Below, piece after piece: positions 24,141-38,060 of a stretch of 64,000 nucleotides of DNA; position 1 is the first letter of the stretch; every line of letters starts with the position of its first letter. The position numbers and the translations under genes were made by a program. This DNA comes from Mustelus asterias (Eukaryota), in NCBI RefSeq assembly GCF_964213995.1, contig NC_135801.1:175832001-175896000 (forward strand), in the 5' to 3' direction. Under the pieces are notes generated by a model. It ran no database searches, was not told the origin of the DNA, and saw nothing but the letters and a program-made list of their open reading frames with translations.

Positions 24141-27100
24141 GTGAGAGAAAAAAAAATACATACATTAAGCATCGATGGTTGTATTAATAACAGCAAGAAG
24201 CCTCACAACATCTGGTTAAAATCCAACAGGTTTATTTGGAGTCCTGTTGGAGTTTAACCTGGTGTTGTGAGACTTCTTATTGTGCCTACCACAGTCCAAC
24301 GCCAACATCTCCACATCATGCATTAATACATTAATTAATAATAAACATTCATGTACAAACCTAAAGTCAGACCATTTTTTAAAAAACGGGTGTACACAAA
24401 AGGACTTGGAACAGCCAAAATACTTCAGAAAACCTTACTTGAATTCACCAGGCAGCTGTGAGTCTTAAATGGGTTGTTACTTGAATAACATTATTTGAAT
24501 GGGGTTATTGCTTGAACTATATCTCATCTGATGTTTGTGTGTTTGTACCAATGCCACAGCTCTTGCACAAATTCAGTTGCATTGAAACATGTGACTGCTC
24601 TAATACTTGGGCATTATCACCTTAAATGGAGATTTACTGGTAATTTCCGGAATTACACAGAGTCGGGATTTAATAAACGGCAGGTGATTGCGTCGGGTTG
24701 GAATGGTGGCATTTGATATTTTTGTGTTAAGAACAAGCTGCTGATTTACAGTGAACCCAGCACCAAGCAAATGAGAATGTGTTCACCTCGGAGCCAAGAC
24801 CATTCAAACCAACGTGTGCTATATGATAAAGTTCCAACACCGTGGAGATATGAGGATCTCCACATGTACGCAAGATCTGATATGTTGTTTCGCTTTCATG
24901 GTTTTTCTTGCCATAGAGGGAATGCGACCAATGTTCACCAAATCAATTCCAGGGATGGAGGGATTGTCCTCTGAGGAAAGATTAAACAGGGCCTTTATTC
25001 TCTGGAGTTGAGAACAATGAAAGGTGACATCTCTTTCAAATATACACAATTCTTACAGGGTCAGACAGGGTAGATCCCTTGGGTTAGGGGTGGTGGTGGT
25101 GGTGGGGGGGGGAGGGGGGTGCTGTTGTTGTCTAGAACCAGGGGGCACAATCTCAAAATAAGGAGCAGGCCACTTAACCCCGAGGAGAGGAGGCATTTCT
25201 TCACTCAGAGCGTAGTGAATCTTTGGAATTCTCTGTCTCAGAGAGCTGTAGAAATTCAGTCATTCAAAATGTTTCTCCATGTTAAAACATCAAGGGATTT
25301 GAGGATAGTACAAGAAAATAGCTTTTAACTGGAAGACCCGCCGTTATCTCAATGAATGGCGGCGCAGGCTCGAAGGGCTGAACGGCCTCCTCCTGTTCCT
25401 ATTTCTTATGTTTAACAGGGTAATAAATCCCCCTAATAATTGTCTATAACTTCACATTTAACTGTGAAAATGAATTAAAAGTGTGTCCACATGTGTACAA
25501 CCCAGTTAGCCCAGGCTGCATGGATCAATGAACCTTCCAAAACACGTTTCTCGTTGGTTATATGGTCCAGGCCCACTCCACAAACAAGGACAGGAACAAG
25601 GACATTTATATTAAGTATAAATAGGAATTCAACCTGTTTGCTATTTATTCAAATGTTCCCAATAAGACACTTAACTCTTTAAAGTCACGCGGCCGAACTG
25701 CAGCCCCTTCATTTATGCTATTACATGTCTGCAGATCTCCAATTGAGAGATGCTGGGATTGATAATTTCTCTTTCACTTGTCCTCCAGCAAGAAATGCTG
25801 TTAGGTAGCAGGACTAGCCATGAAGCAACTGGGGGTGCTTTATTCAATCTCTTGGCATATTTCATGCGGATCTAACAAAGCAGGGAGTCTAAATCTGTGG
25901 CTCTTGGCAATAACTTAGTGAAAATATTGTGTGTAATCAATGGATTTAGTCACAGCTAAAATACTTTAACAGTCATCATATACCAAACATCTTTTTCTAA
26001 GGTTGGCATCGCATATATCCTCTTCATATTTTGTTTCCTTTAGCCCCCCTGCTCTTATAACTTTATGTATCGATTTCACATTTTCTTTAATCTGCTTAAA
26101 ACAAATTTTACGTAACTTCCCGATTTCCATTGAATTTCAAAGTTTTTAGCACCTTACATTTCTCTTATATTATCTATAGCGGATCAACAACGATACAACA
26201 GGTGGTACATTGAAGAACATGTTGTTTTATAATGATTTAATATCATGTGTAATGTATTGTTAGATTATGATGGGATTGTTTATTAATAATCCTGTGCTAA
26301 TAAGCCGTGAGGAAAGTGAGAACGATGCTTTTTCCTCATGTCCAAAGTGTCAGTAAGCATGTTTCCCTGTTACTTTTGAAACATACTTCTCTCGCTCTGC
26401 TGCTGAAAGTTTGATGTATACTAAGTCTGCGCGACGTCTCCATAAATAAGTCAACCAGAATTTGTGACCCATGTTAGATTTATGAAGAGCCAACTAACCC
26501 CCCCCCCCCCCCCCCACTCCCACCATGGTCTTATCAATATCAATCTTTATACTTCTTATAGCTGGACAGAATGTTTCTTTAAGATTCTGCTCCTGATGTT
26601 TACATACCTTAATGGCGATATGTCCCCATTCTTCTATAGCTGCATGTTCCTGGCTATACCCCCTTCCCTGCTTCTTCATCTTGTGGTCCCCTCCACCTTA
26701 TCACCTCATTTCCTGCTTTCAGGAGTGCATTATTTTGATTTTGTTCCCCCCTCCCCAAACCCCTCCCTCCCCCATCTTTCTCTCCTTTCTCCTACCACAG
26801 CTGTATGACCATACATTATCCACCATCTTGTGAAATGACAAGATGTCCCTCCAGCAAAACACAGCGTGTGTAGTTGTTGATCTGGAGGCTAATTGTTGAC
26901 AGGAGCTTTCCCATTGGATTGACAGCTATTCTTCAATCCCCAGTTCCTCACTTCGGGCAGAGCATTCTTCATCGGGAATAGCTGAAACCGGCTGGATTTT
27001 CCGTCCATTTCTAAAAAGGTATATTGGTTGGTAATTCACCTAATGTTCAGCTGCGATTGGTCGCTGTTTGTAAGTATTTGAATTTTCACTTAATCATACT

Positions 27101-30100
27101 TTGTGTGACTTTGTTATTCATTCATGGGACATAGGTTTCGCTGGTTGGCCAGCATTTATTGCCCATCCATGGTTGCCCAAGGGCAGTTGAGAGTCAACCA
27201 CATTGCTGTGGCTCTGGAGTCACATGTCGGCCAGACCAGGCAAGGACGACAGATTTCCTCCCACGTTTCTATAACATTGAATATATTCAAGAGGCGGCTG
27301 GATATAGCACTTGGGGCGAATGGGATTAAAGGTTATGGGGAAAAAGCAGGATTGGGCTACTGAGTTGGTTGATCAGCCATGATCGTAATGCATGGCGGAG
27401 CAGGTTGGAAGGGCCAAAGGGACTCCTCCAGCTGCTACCTTCTATGTTTAAAGGAAATGAGTGAACCAGAAAGGTTTTGCTGACAATCGACAATGGTTTC
27501 ACGGTCATCAGTAGATTCTTAATTCCAGATATATTTTTTTCAATTCAAATTCCACCATCTACCTTGGTGGTATTCGATCCCGGGTCCCCAGAACATTAGC
27601 TGAGTTTTTGGGTTACTAGTCTAGCGATAATACCTCTTGGCCATGACCTCCCCATATTCTGAGATGTAATATGATACATTGGTGATTCCTTTAACTCTAG
27701 CTATCTATAATGGTTTCCGGTTATCCATTAGTGCTACAGATGTCACCCATCGGATTGATCCAGACAATATTGTCTCATATAATCAAACATCACTTCCTAC
27801 TCCCAATCTATTTTCATATTTTGCCTACTTCTGTTCTCTCTAAAGACCCGATTGAGCACTTTTGTAGAAATAAACCAATGTCCTTTTAGTGACCCCACTA
27901 CCCGTTGCAGTTTTACAGTAAATAATCTTTTCATGCACTTGTTCACAGTGTTACTTCCTGTTTTCTTTCCATACCGCTTCCCTGTTCGATGTGTTTCTTT
28001 CTTTAATGCACTAATTCCTTTCGCCTTCTGGCTTAAATATATTTCTGAAATTAAAGTCAATACTCTCGGGTCCATCATTCTATCCTCCCCGTTTCCATTG
28101 GGATATAGTCGACCACCCGACCAGTAATGGAGTTCAATGCCATAAAATATTTGCGTCCCTTGTGTTGAGTTTCATTCTACACTGACAATATATAGTTTAA
28201 AAAGCTGTAGTTTTCAGCTTAAATTAATGCCGTTTATTAATTTCAGAATGTTGTCGATTGCAGGTCTCACATTATTGCTGATCTAAGGAACATCATGGAA
28301 TTATATCCTTCATTTAACACAATTGGAAGGTCAGAGCATCGCCTATCATAATAAAACGAATGTTGCGGCAACTGTCTAATTGTCTTTGTTACACGTTAAC
28401 CTGACATCTTATTTAACACTCGTTACAAGTCACTCATGTCACTTTTCTAGTAACTTTTATCAGAAATGCAAGCAATCAAGGATATTACGTTCCATTTTTT
28501 CTCTGTTAAAATTATGCAATTGCGAAAAAAACTTTTATGCTGGGAATCTCTACCTCACATACACAGTAACAGCATTCTTCCAGGTTTACTGAAATCCTCA
28601 CAACTGATCGCAGTTCGATCATTGGTGCCGGCGGGAATTCGGAGGCGGTAATGAATTAAATCCTGTATTTTGCTTTTATTTAAATTTACAAGACGTGTCT
28701 CTCCCACCTTCTCTCCAACTCCACAACTAGGAACTGACATCTGCCTCTGAAATGTGCCAAGGATACGAGAAAAGTGGTATTAGCATCATTGAGTGACACT
28801 GCGGGGACGGAGACCACTCGGCCCGTTGTATCCATGCACGCCCTTTGAAGGAGCTATCCAATTAGTCCTCCATATCTCTGCAAAATGCCCCTCAAGTTAG
28901 GGATCCATCGATGAGGTGCATTCGATGTAATTTTAGGAGACGGTAAACAAATATTAGACATTAAAAATGCTGCGTGGAAAAGTGGAAAATCCTGAGTTCT
29001 CTTAACGAAAATTTCCGAGTTTCACTCTCCATCGTCAGCCCAGTGCCCTGAGCTGCTGCGGTGGGTGAAAGAGATAGCAGGAGGTTCTCTCCGATAATCA
29101 TCCCGGATCTCTTCGGGATAATTCTACCCCCCCCCCCCCTCCCCACAAACTCTAGAATTGTTACAACCGCTCCCGCACCCCCAAAATGTACAAACGCTAC
29201 CTCAGGGCTGATGCTTGGGTTTTATATAATCGTAGATCTTCCTCCTGACAGCGTGGCAAAAATGTACCTTAAAAAAATTGACCCCCAATCAAGTTTCTAT
29301 CACAGCTAATCTGGCAGTCACCAAAATAACCAGCATCTGCGTCACTCGCCCGTTTGCAAGTGATTTTTTTTCACTCCACAGCGGAAACAAACTTGTGTTT
29401 ACCTTCTCGACTGCATTTAAACGGCATGAAGCAAAAAGCCAGCCATCTCGGTGCTAAATTTCCCCTCCGAATTGTAACCGTTTCCTGTCGAAGCAGAGGT
29501 GAAAGCCTGCGGCGAGTAGAATAATGTCAACACATGCAATTGGCAACCTGCAAACTACTTCGACATTCCTGTAACAAATTGACAATAATAACGATACAGC
29601 AGCCAGTCATTTGCTTGGCAAATGTCGGCTCCTATGCCAAGTGGAAGAGTCATCCCAAGAGCCAAGGGATACATTTAAACGGGGCAGCGTCGCTGTAAAA
29701 CAAGCAATGCCTACTTATACCCTTCAGTGTAGCTGCAACGTGACCATACTTGTGTAAAGACAATGTTCGAATGGTAATGGCCCCTGTTACATGATATCTG
29801 TAATTTCGTAAATTTGCAATTTGGCATGCCCAGCCGAGACTTTTAGCGTTAAACATATTTCCTTTGAGGTTCACGTTCCTCCCAGTTCCTCATGGGGTGG
29901 CTAGTTAGTACGCGAGATACAGCAAAACACACGAATGTGATCTACTTTTCTCGCAAAATAGTATGTTTCAAGCTGTAGTAATCAAAGACTCCAGCTATCC
30001 TGACTCAAACATCAAATATTTTTCATCAGAATACCATCGAACATTTCTGAAGAGGTTACCATTAAACTGAATGAGTTATTGCAACCGAGAATCACTCTAT

Positions 30101-31615
30101 TGCCTAGATATAAATGTGCCTATAACTCCTGGCGCTAAGAAGGGTCAGACATTATTATATCAGCAAGTACATGTACAGCACCAATGCTGACCCAGATGTT
30201 GGAATCTATTCTATGTTTCACGACAATTTGGGGCGTACGAGTCCAAGAACTAATCACATTTGTCAGGTGCAGATCACTGGAGTAGAGGAAGTTTAGTGTT
30301 CAACATTAAAAATAAAACAACGTCTGACTATATCATTCCCTCTATGCAACCAGCAGCCCGCAACACTCAACATATTTGGAAGCTATCGACTGTCATTTAT
30401 TTATTGCAGCCTGGTCAAGTTTATAAAATTTTGACAATTATAATGACATTTGTAAGATTTTTTTTGCATTTTGAAAAATCTTGCAGCACAATCGTCCTAA
30501 AATGTAGACTTCCTGGCAGTTATTGTATTTGTAGATTGTAGAAAGTAAAATGAATTACAGAGTAGTTAACAATTTATGTATTTGGAAAGCATTAAGTTTT
30601 GAATCCAGGTCCAGAATCCATCGAAGCACCTTTCCACTCCCCTCCCTCCCGCTATCCCCTGACCCCAATCTTGCTCGAAACCTTTAATGCATCTTCAGCA
30701 GTTTGGCTCTGGTGATTTCTTCTCCTGAGCACACCAGAATGAGTCTTCCAGTGTCCTTATATTTTGGTGAGTTATGTCTCTTGATTAGAGCATGGCTCCC
30801 CATCCACATTGTGTCCAGTGGCTAACAGGAAAACCACCATTTGACACATCGCCTCTCCCACTGAACACAACAGCTGCCACCCCTGTCTCTCTCTCTCTCT
30901 GGGACTCTGTCCTATATCTCTAAGAGTACATCTGCCGAAAGCCAGACCAGCTGTATCTGCCCGTGTTCAGTGTTAACACTTGGGTTTCAACAGAACTTGG
31001 CGAAGATCCCCAGTCCCCATGGTAATCCAGTCACATTGACTTATTGCCGAGCAGAATGACCAGGAGGTCACATGTTCCCTTTACTTTAAACCTTGATTTA
31101 AAAGAGACAATTTTAAATATAGCCATTTATAAAGCCTTGCTGCTAAAATAGGGGAAACATACTGTGGAAATACATTTTTCTACAATACCATCAAAAAATA
31201 ACATTGTTAATACTCCAGTCATTAACTTACTATACATACAGTCCAAGTAATAATCTCCATCCTAGACACATTTTATCATTGAACACAATGGCTGGAATTT
31301 TCTGGCCTTCGGTGGGAAATCCCATTGACAGTGGAAGGACCAGAAGATCCCGCCATTGTGAGAATGGTGTGCCACCTCCCGCTGTGAGAATGATGCTGTG
31401 AGGACGCCAGGAAAATCCCCCCTCTGTCTTGGTAGCACAATCTCCTGTAATGATTAAGACTTAAAGTTCAGTCATTCCAACTCTTGTTGAATGAAAATTA
31501 ATTTTATTACCAGTGATTTAACTTTTCATCCCTCATCTGTAGCAAATCTCATTTCCCGTAATTATCACAGTTTTCCCATGTATTGGTTTCTAAAATGTAG
31601 ACTTGGATTGCTTAC

Positions 31616-32200
31616 CTTTGTGAGGAACAACATAGTTGATTTCTGAATACAGCAACTTCCTTTGTTGTTCTTTAAAACCATTCATTTGATTATCATAATG
31701 TTTAACATAGTTCTTTTGACACCTTTTTAACATAGTCTTTGAACCACCCCATTCAGCTTTCAATTCCCAAACTCCATTCTCTCTCTTGGATCCAAGTTCT
31801 TTAACGTCCAGAAGCACCGATCCAGCTGTCCAGTTGAATTGTCCTCCTCCTGTTTAAATGCAGTGTACCCTAAGTTTCTTTCCAGGATTTAAAGTTTCAA
31901 TATTCTTTTCCAGGAGATACAGGTTCACTGCCTCCTTCTTTGCAAGCAGTTCATTCTTTTGCTGAGTAAAATCCTTCTTAGCTGCTTAAAAATTTTTGTT
32001 AAGGTTGTGTTGCTGACTAGATAACAAATCTTGATACTCCTTTTCTTAGTCAGTTCATGAATTCTTCCAATCAGCATGCACTGCGCCCATTTCTTTTCCC
32101 ACAAGAGTGGTTGCTTCACCATTTTGAACTTTTGATTTATAGCAAAGGACACAACATAGCTGTTGTCAGTCCGATGTTCTAAAGTCCCTTTATATCAGCA
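31616..32200 (-). pseudogene. Unidentified decayed coding exon
   Basis: Mostly one frame for about 190 codons with about 4 stops and a frameshift (...KEYQDLLSSQQHNLNKNF*AAKKDFTQQKNELLAKKEAVNLYLLEKNIETLNPGKKLRVHCI*TGGGQFNWTAGSVLLDVKELG...YVVPHK); ends at AAAG|gtaagc. Confidence 0.35.
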
Positions 32201-32630
32201 GTTGTGAGCTTTTGGCCTTTCACACACATTCATTCTAAGTAAACCTTTTAGAACTGAGGTGAGGAGAAATTTCTTCACCCAGAGGGTGGTGAATGTGTGA
32301 AATTCACTACCACAGAATGTAGTCGAGGCAAAACCATTGTCTGAGTTCAAGAAGAAATTAGATATAGCTCTTGGGGCTAAAGGGATCAAGGGATATCGGG
32401 GGGAAGGGTGGATTAGGTTATTGAATTTGATGATCAGCCATGATCAAAATGAATGGCAGAACAGGCTTGAAGGGCTGAATGGCCTCCTCCTGCTTCTGGT
32501 TTCTATGTAAATTACAACATTTATTTTCCCAGCAGGATTACAGAAAGTCATGTATTTTTGATGTCATTTGATTTCAGTTTTAAACAACTTCATTGGGCTT
32601 TTCTGGAACCATTTGAGAAGACAACATCAT

Positions 32631-35600
32631 GGCCGTAATTCTCCCATCCTGACGTGCTAATGTTTCGTTCAGTGGGCTGGGAAATTGTTGCGTCGGCTGA
32701 TTTGTGGGGTTCGCGCATGCTTTCGCGCCCTGCTAGCATCTCCCAGCGCCGGATTTCCAGCGGTGTCTATTCTGTGCCAGAAATCTAGCATCTCCCTCGC
32801 CCCCGCCAGAGTGGCTCACTTCAGCGGGGATTACTATAGCTCCTCACTTTTGGGGAACGAGCGGCCCAACAATGCTGGAGTGAAGGGAGGGGGGGGGAGC
32901 AATCAGGGCCCCCAGAGGGTCGGGTGACGGGGATGCCGCCTGGGAATTGGCACCCTGACCATGTCAGTCTGTGTCCCCGGCACTGCCCAAGGGGAAAAGT
33001 GCCAATGTCCAAGTGGCACCTTGGCACTGACCATTGGCACGGGACAGTGGCAGTGCAAAGGGGGCGAAGCATATGGGGAGGGGTCTCAGGGGATGGGGCC
33101 TGATGCAGGCGGGGCATAGCAGGCTATCAGCAGGGGTGGAGCGGTCCCACTGCTACTCTGCATAGGGATTGGTGGAAGAACAAAGAACAAAGAACAATAC
33201 AGCACAGGAACAGGCCCTTCGGCCCTCCAAGCCCGCGCCGCTCCCTGGTCCAAACTAGACCATTCTTTTGTATCCCTCCATCCCACTCCGTTCATGTGGC
33301 TATCTTAAGTCTTAAACGTTCCCAGTGTGTCCGCCTCCACCATCTTGCCCGGCAGCGCATTCCAGGCCCCCACCACTCTCTGTGTACAATACGTCCTTCT
33401 GATATCCGTGTTAAACCGCCCCACCTTCACCTTGAACCTATGACCCCTCGTGAACGTCACCACCGACCTGGGAAAAAGCTTCCCACCGTTCACCCTATCT
33501 ATGCCTTTTATAATTTTATACACCTCTATTAGGTCACCCCTCATCCTCCGTCTTTCCAGTGAGAACAACTCCAGTTTACCCAATCTCTCCTCATAACTAA
33601 GCCCTTCCATACCAGGCAACATACTGGTAAACCTCCTCTGCACTCTCTCTAAAGCCTCCACGTCCTTCTGGTAGTGTGGCGACCAGAACTGGACGCAGTA
33701 TTCCAAATGCGACTAAACCAACGTTCTATACAACTGCAACATCAGACCCCAAAGTTTATACTCTATGCCCCGTTCTATAAAGGCAAGCATGCCATATGCC
33801 TTATTCACTACCTTCTCCATCTGTGACATCACCTTCAAGGATCTGTGGACTTGCACACCCAGGTCCCTCTGCGTATCTACACCCTTTATGGTTCTGCCAT
33901 TTATCGTATAACTCCCCCCTGCGTTAGTTCTACCAAAATGCATCACTTTGCATTTATCAGGATTGAACTCCATCTGCCATTTCTATGCCCAAATTTCCAG
34001 CCTATCTATATCCTTCTGTAGCCTCTGACAATGTTCCTCACTATCTGCAAGTCCAGTCATTTTCGTATCGTCTGCAAACTTACTGATCACCCCGGTTACA
34101 CCTTCTTCCAGATCGTTTATATAAATCAGAAACAGCAGAGGTCCCAATACAGAGCCCTGCGGAACACCACTAGTCACAGGCATCCAGTCGGAAAAAAACC
34201 CTTCCACTACCACCCTCTGTCTTCTGTGACCAAGCCAGTTCCCCACCCATCTAGCCACCTCCCCCTTTATCCCATGAGATCCAACCTTTTGCACCAACCT
34301 ACCATGAGGGACTTTGTCAAATGCTTTACTAAAGTCCATATAGACAACATTCCCGGCTCTTCCCTCGTCAACCATTCTGGTCACTTCTTCAAAAAACTCC
34401 ACCAGGTTAGTGAGGAATGACCTCCCTCTCACAAAACCATGCTGACAATCGTTAATGAGTTTATTCCTTTCGAAATGCGCATACATCCTATCTCTAAGAA
34501 TCCTCTCCAACAACTTCCCTACCACGGACGTCAAGATCACCGGCCTATAATTTCCCAGGTTATTCTTCCTATCCTTCTTAAATAACGGGACCACATTAGC
34601 TATCCTCCAATCCTCTGGGACCTCACCTGTGTCCAGTGACGAGACAAAGATTTGCGTCAGAGGCCCAGCGATTTCATCTCTCGTCTCCCTGAGCAGCCTT
34701 GGATAGGTTCCATCAGGCCCTGGGGATTTGTCAGTCTTTATATTCCCTAAAAAAACTAACACTTCCTCCCTTGTAATGGAGATTTTCGCTAACGGGTCAA
34801 CATTCCCCTCCGAGACACTCCCAGTCAACACATCCCTCTCCTTTGTGAATACCGACGCAAAGTATTCATTTAGGATCTCCCCTACTTCTTTGGTCTCCAA
34901 GCATAATTCCCCACTTTTGTCCCTGAGAGGTCTGATTTTTTCCCTGACAACCCTTTTGAATAAAATGCCTTGGGATTCTCCTTAATCCTGTCTGTCAAGG
35001 ACATTTCGTGACCCCTTTTTGCCCTTCTAATTCCTCGTTTGAGTTCTTTCCTACTTTCTTTGTATTCCTCCAGAGCTCCCTCCGTTTTTAGCTGCCTGGA
35101 CCTAACGTACGCCTCTCTTTTCTTTTTGACCAATCCCTCAATTTCCCTGGTTATCCACGGTTCTCGAATCCTACCCTTCCTATCCTTCTTTTTTACAGGC
35201 ACATGCCTATCCTGCAGCCCTAACAACTGTTCCTTAAAATACTCCCACATGCCAGATGTGGATTTACCCTCAAACAGCCTCTCCCAATCAACAGCTGCTA
35301 ATTTCTGACTAATCCCACTAAAATTAGCCTTCCCCCAATCCAACACCTTACCCTTGGGACCACTCATCCTTTTCCATCACTATCCTAAAGCTAACAGAAT
35401 TGTGGTCACTATTTGCCACATGTTCCCCTACCGAAACTTTGAAGACCTGACCGGGCTCATTCCCCAGTACTAAGTCCAGTATAGCCCCCTCTCGAGTCGG
35501 GCTATCTACATATTGTTCCAAAGAACCTTCCTGTACGCTGGCCTCCCCCTGCAAAAGGGGGGAGGCCAGCAACTGGGGCAGGGGTTCAATGGGAGGAGGG

Positions 35601-36269
35601 GGAGGTGGTCAGCCTGCTGGGGGATGGCACTCAGGAGGGTCAGGACTGCGGTGGGGGTAATTGTTGGGGGGGGAATTGGAGGGAGAGGCTGGAGGTCAGG
35701 GCGTGCTGGGGAGGTAGGCCAGGGTAGGGGCGGTCAGCCTGCTGGGTGGGTGTGTTGGCACTGAGGGGGGGGGTGGTAAGCATCAGGACTGCGGGCAGGG
35801 GTTAACTTTCACGGGGGGGGGGGGGGGCGGTGATTGATGGAGGGGGTTACCGGAGATTTGGGGCGGGCCAGGACAGGGTGGTTGGTGCTGGGCCCGGTAT
35901 TGGTCGGGGGGGGGGGGGGGGGGGGGGGGGTGGGCAGCGATTGGGCCATGGGGGCATGGAGAGCCAATGTTGTGGAGGTTGTGGGGCTGCCCAGTGATTG
36001 AGCTGGCCACTATCAGTGTGGGGCCACTGCGTATGTGCCAATCTCGGCACTGACAGTTTGGCGTGTGCACAGTAGCCCGCTCAGTACGCTGGTTTCAGTC
36101 TCTCCAGTGGGAATAGGCCCCATCCCCTGAAATTTAATGATATGGTGGTCTCTGCAGTGCACAGAGTGTGGGAGATTCTTCTCTGAACTCCCGCTGAAAA
36201 AAACAACGTGAATTACTCCAGTTTTCACGTGAATTCGACACTTAGAATTTTTTTGGGAGAATTCCGCCC
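32631..36269. mobile_element. GC-rich non-autonomous DNA element (MITE-like) hosting a CR1
   Basis: TIR-like ggccgtaattctccc ... gggagaattccgccc; G-rich interior. Confidence 0.6.
33177..35537 (-). mobile_element. CR1 LINE, frameshifted ORF2, inserted in a MITE
   Basis: ORFs 33305-35572 are consecutive CR1 ORF2 pieces; (ttctttg)n-type 3' tail. Confidence 0.93.
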
Positions 36270-37789
36270 ATATCTCCAGCCGGGTAATTTCCTAATATAA
36301 AATGGACATCTTTAATATGTAAACTTGACACAATGCCACAGTTATAACAGTGCAAATTAAACCATATTTTAAATTAACCTTATGCAACAGAGTGGTTAAG
36401 CAACCTCCACGAATACCCTGCATCATTACATTTTTACATACTGAACTTTCCAGAGGAAAATCATTAATAATTGCGTTCTCTAAGAATATCAATCTGTTTG
36501 ATTTGATTTGATTTATTATTGTCACATGTATTCGTATACAGTGAAAAGTATTGTTTCTTGCGCGCTATACAGACAAAGCATACCATTCATGGAGAAGGAA
36601 GGGAGAGAGTGCAGAATGTAGTGTTACAGTCATAGCTAGGGTGTAGAGAAAGATCAACTTAATGCAAGGTAAGTCCATTCAAAAGTCTGATGGCAGCAGG
36701 GAAGCGCCAAATCTGTAAGAGACTGAATCAGAGCATTGTTAGAGAGTTTAAAAGAGTTAGAATGAAGTTTTAAAAGCATAGAATAAGAGTAAAAGATCAA
36801 ATTAGAAGGTATGCTGGTTAACAGCTTGCAAGAAATCACCTCGCTCCCGGCGCCATCTTGAAAAACGTTTGCCTGTTTTACCAGACAAAAATGCAGAAAA
36901 TTTTGAACATTTTTTTGAAATAATCTTTTGAGTTATGATCTATCTGAACAGTAAATATATTTGAAACTATTTGTTTGTCACACGTTTCTCCTACTGGGAC
37001 AGCATTTTCTGAATTCATGATATGCACTCCCACAAATGCTAGCATTTTGGCTTTTAATTTACAATAAGCTGCCTTCATATGTCTGCTCTTTTGACAACAA
37101 TAACCTTGTTCTCCTTCAATCATAAGATCATAATACATAGGAGCAGAATTAGGCCACTCGGTCCATCGAGTCTGCTTTGCCGTTCAGTCATGGCTGATAC
37201 TTTTCTCATTCCCATTCTCCTGCCTTTTCCCCATAACCCCCTGATCCCCTTATCAATCAAGAACCTATCTATCTCTGTTTTAAAGACACTCAATGGCCTG
37301 GCCACCACAGCCTTCTGCGGCAAAGAGTTCCACAGATTCACCACTCTCTGGCTGAAGAAGTTCCTCCTCATCTCTGTTTTAAAGGATCGTCGCTTTAGCT
37401 TGAGGTTGTGCCCTCTGGTTCTAATTTTTCCTACTAGTGGAAACATCCTCTCCACGTCCACTCTATCCAGGCCTCGCAGTAAGCTGTAAGTTTCAATAAG
37501 ATCCCCCTTCATCGTTCTAAAATCATAGTTATCCTCCATACTGTCTATTTTACTACTAAATATCTGTCATTTCATTTCTGTTTTTTCTCACTGTAACCTG
37601 CATTCTTTTATTGTTAGATCTGTTCCCTCTCCAGTTTGTCTTTAAGTTTACAAATAATGGTCTACTGCTACTCTTAAGTTTGACCTAAGCATCAGTCACA
37701 GTTGCAGCTGCCCACATCTGAGAAACATTGTGGTCTCATGGGTGGGGCTTTATTTTTCCATCTTCCTTTCTAAGAGGTGCAAATTATTG

Positions 37790-38060
37790 TTGAATCTTCA
37801 GAGCGCTACACCAATTACCAAACATAACTTTGTTTTCTGTAGCAAACTCCTCAAAAGTATGATTCTGTTTCTTCCTTAATTTTCTAAACTTTTGCATGAA
37901 TGCATCTGGCACTAACCCGAAGGCATTGAGAGCAACAGTTTTCACTGTATCAAAATCATTACATTATACATCTGAATGTTTACCCCATGAATACACTTTG
38001 CAATAAAACCATCCAATTTTCTTGCTTACGTTGGCCTAATCTTGTGAAGAGGGTAGCATC
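37790..38060 (-). mobile_element. Gypsy-type gag relic
   Basis: DFDTVKTVALNAFGLVPDAFMQKFRKLRKKQNHTFEEFA resembles the Gypsy gag YDxVKxAxLxAYELVPEAYRQKFR motif. Confidence 0.65.
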
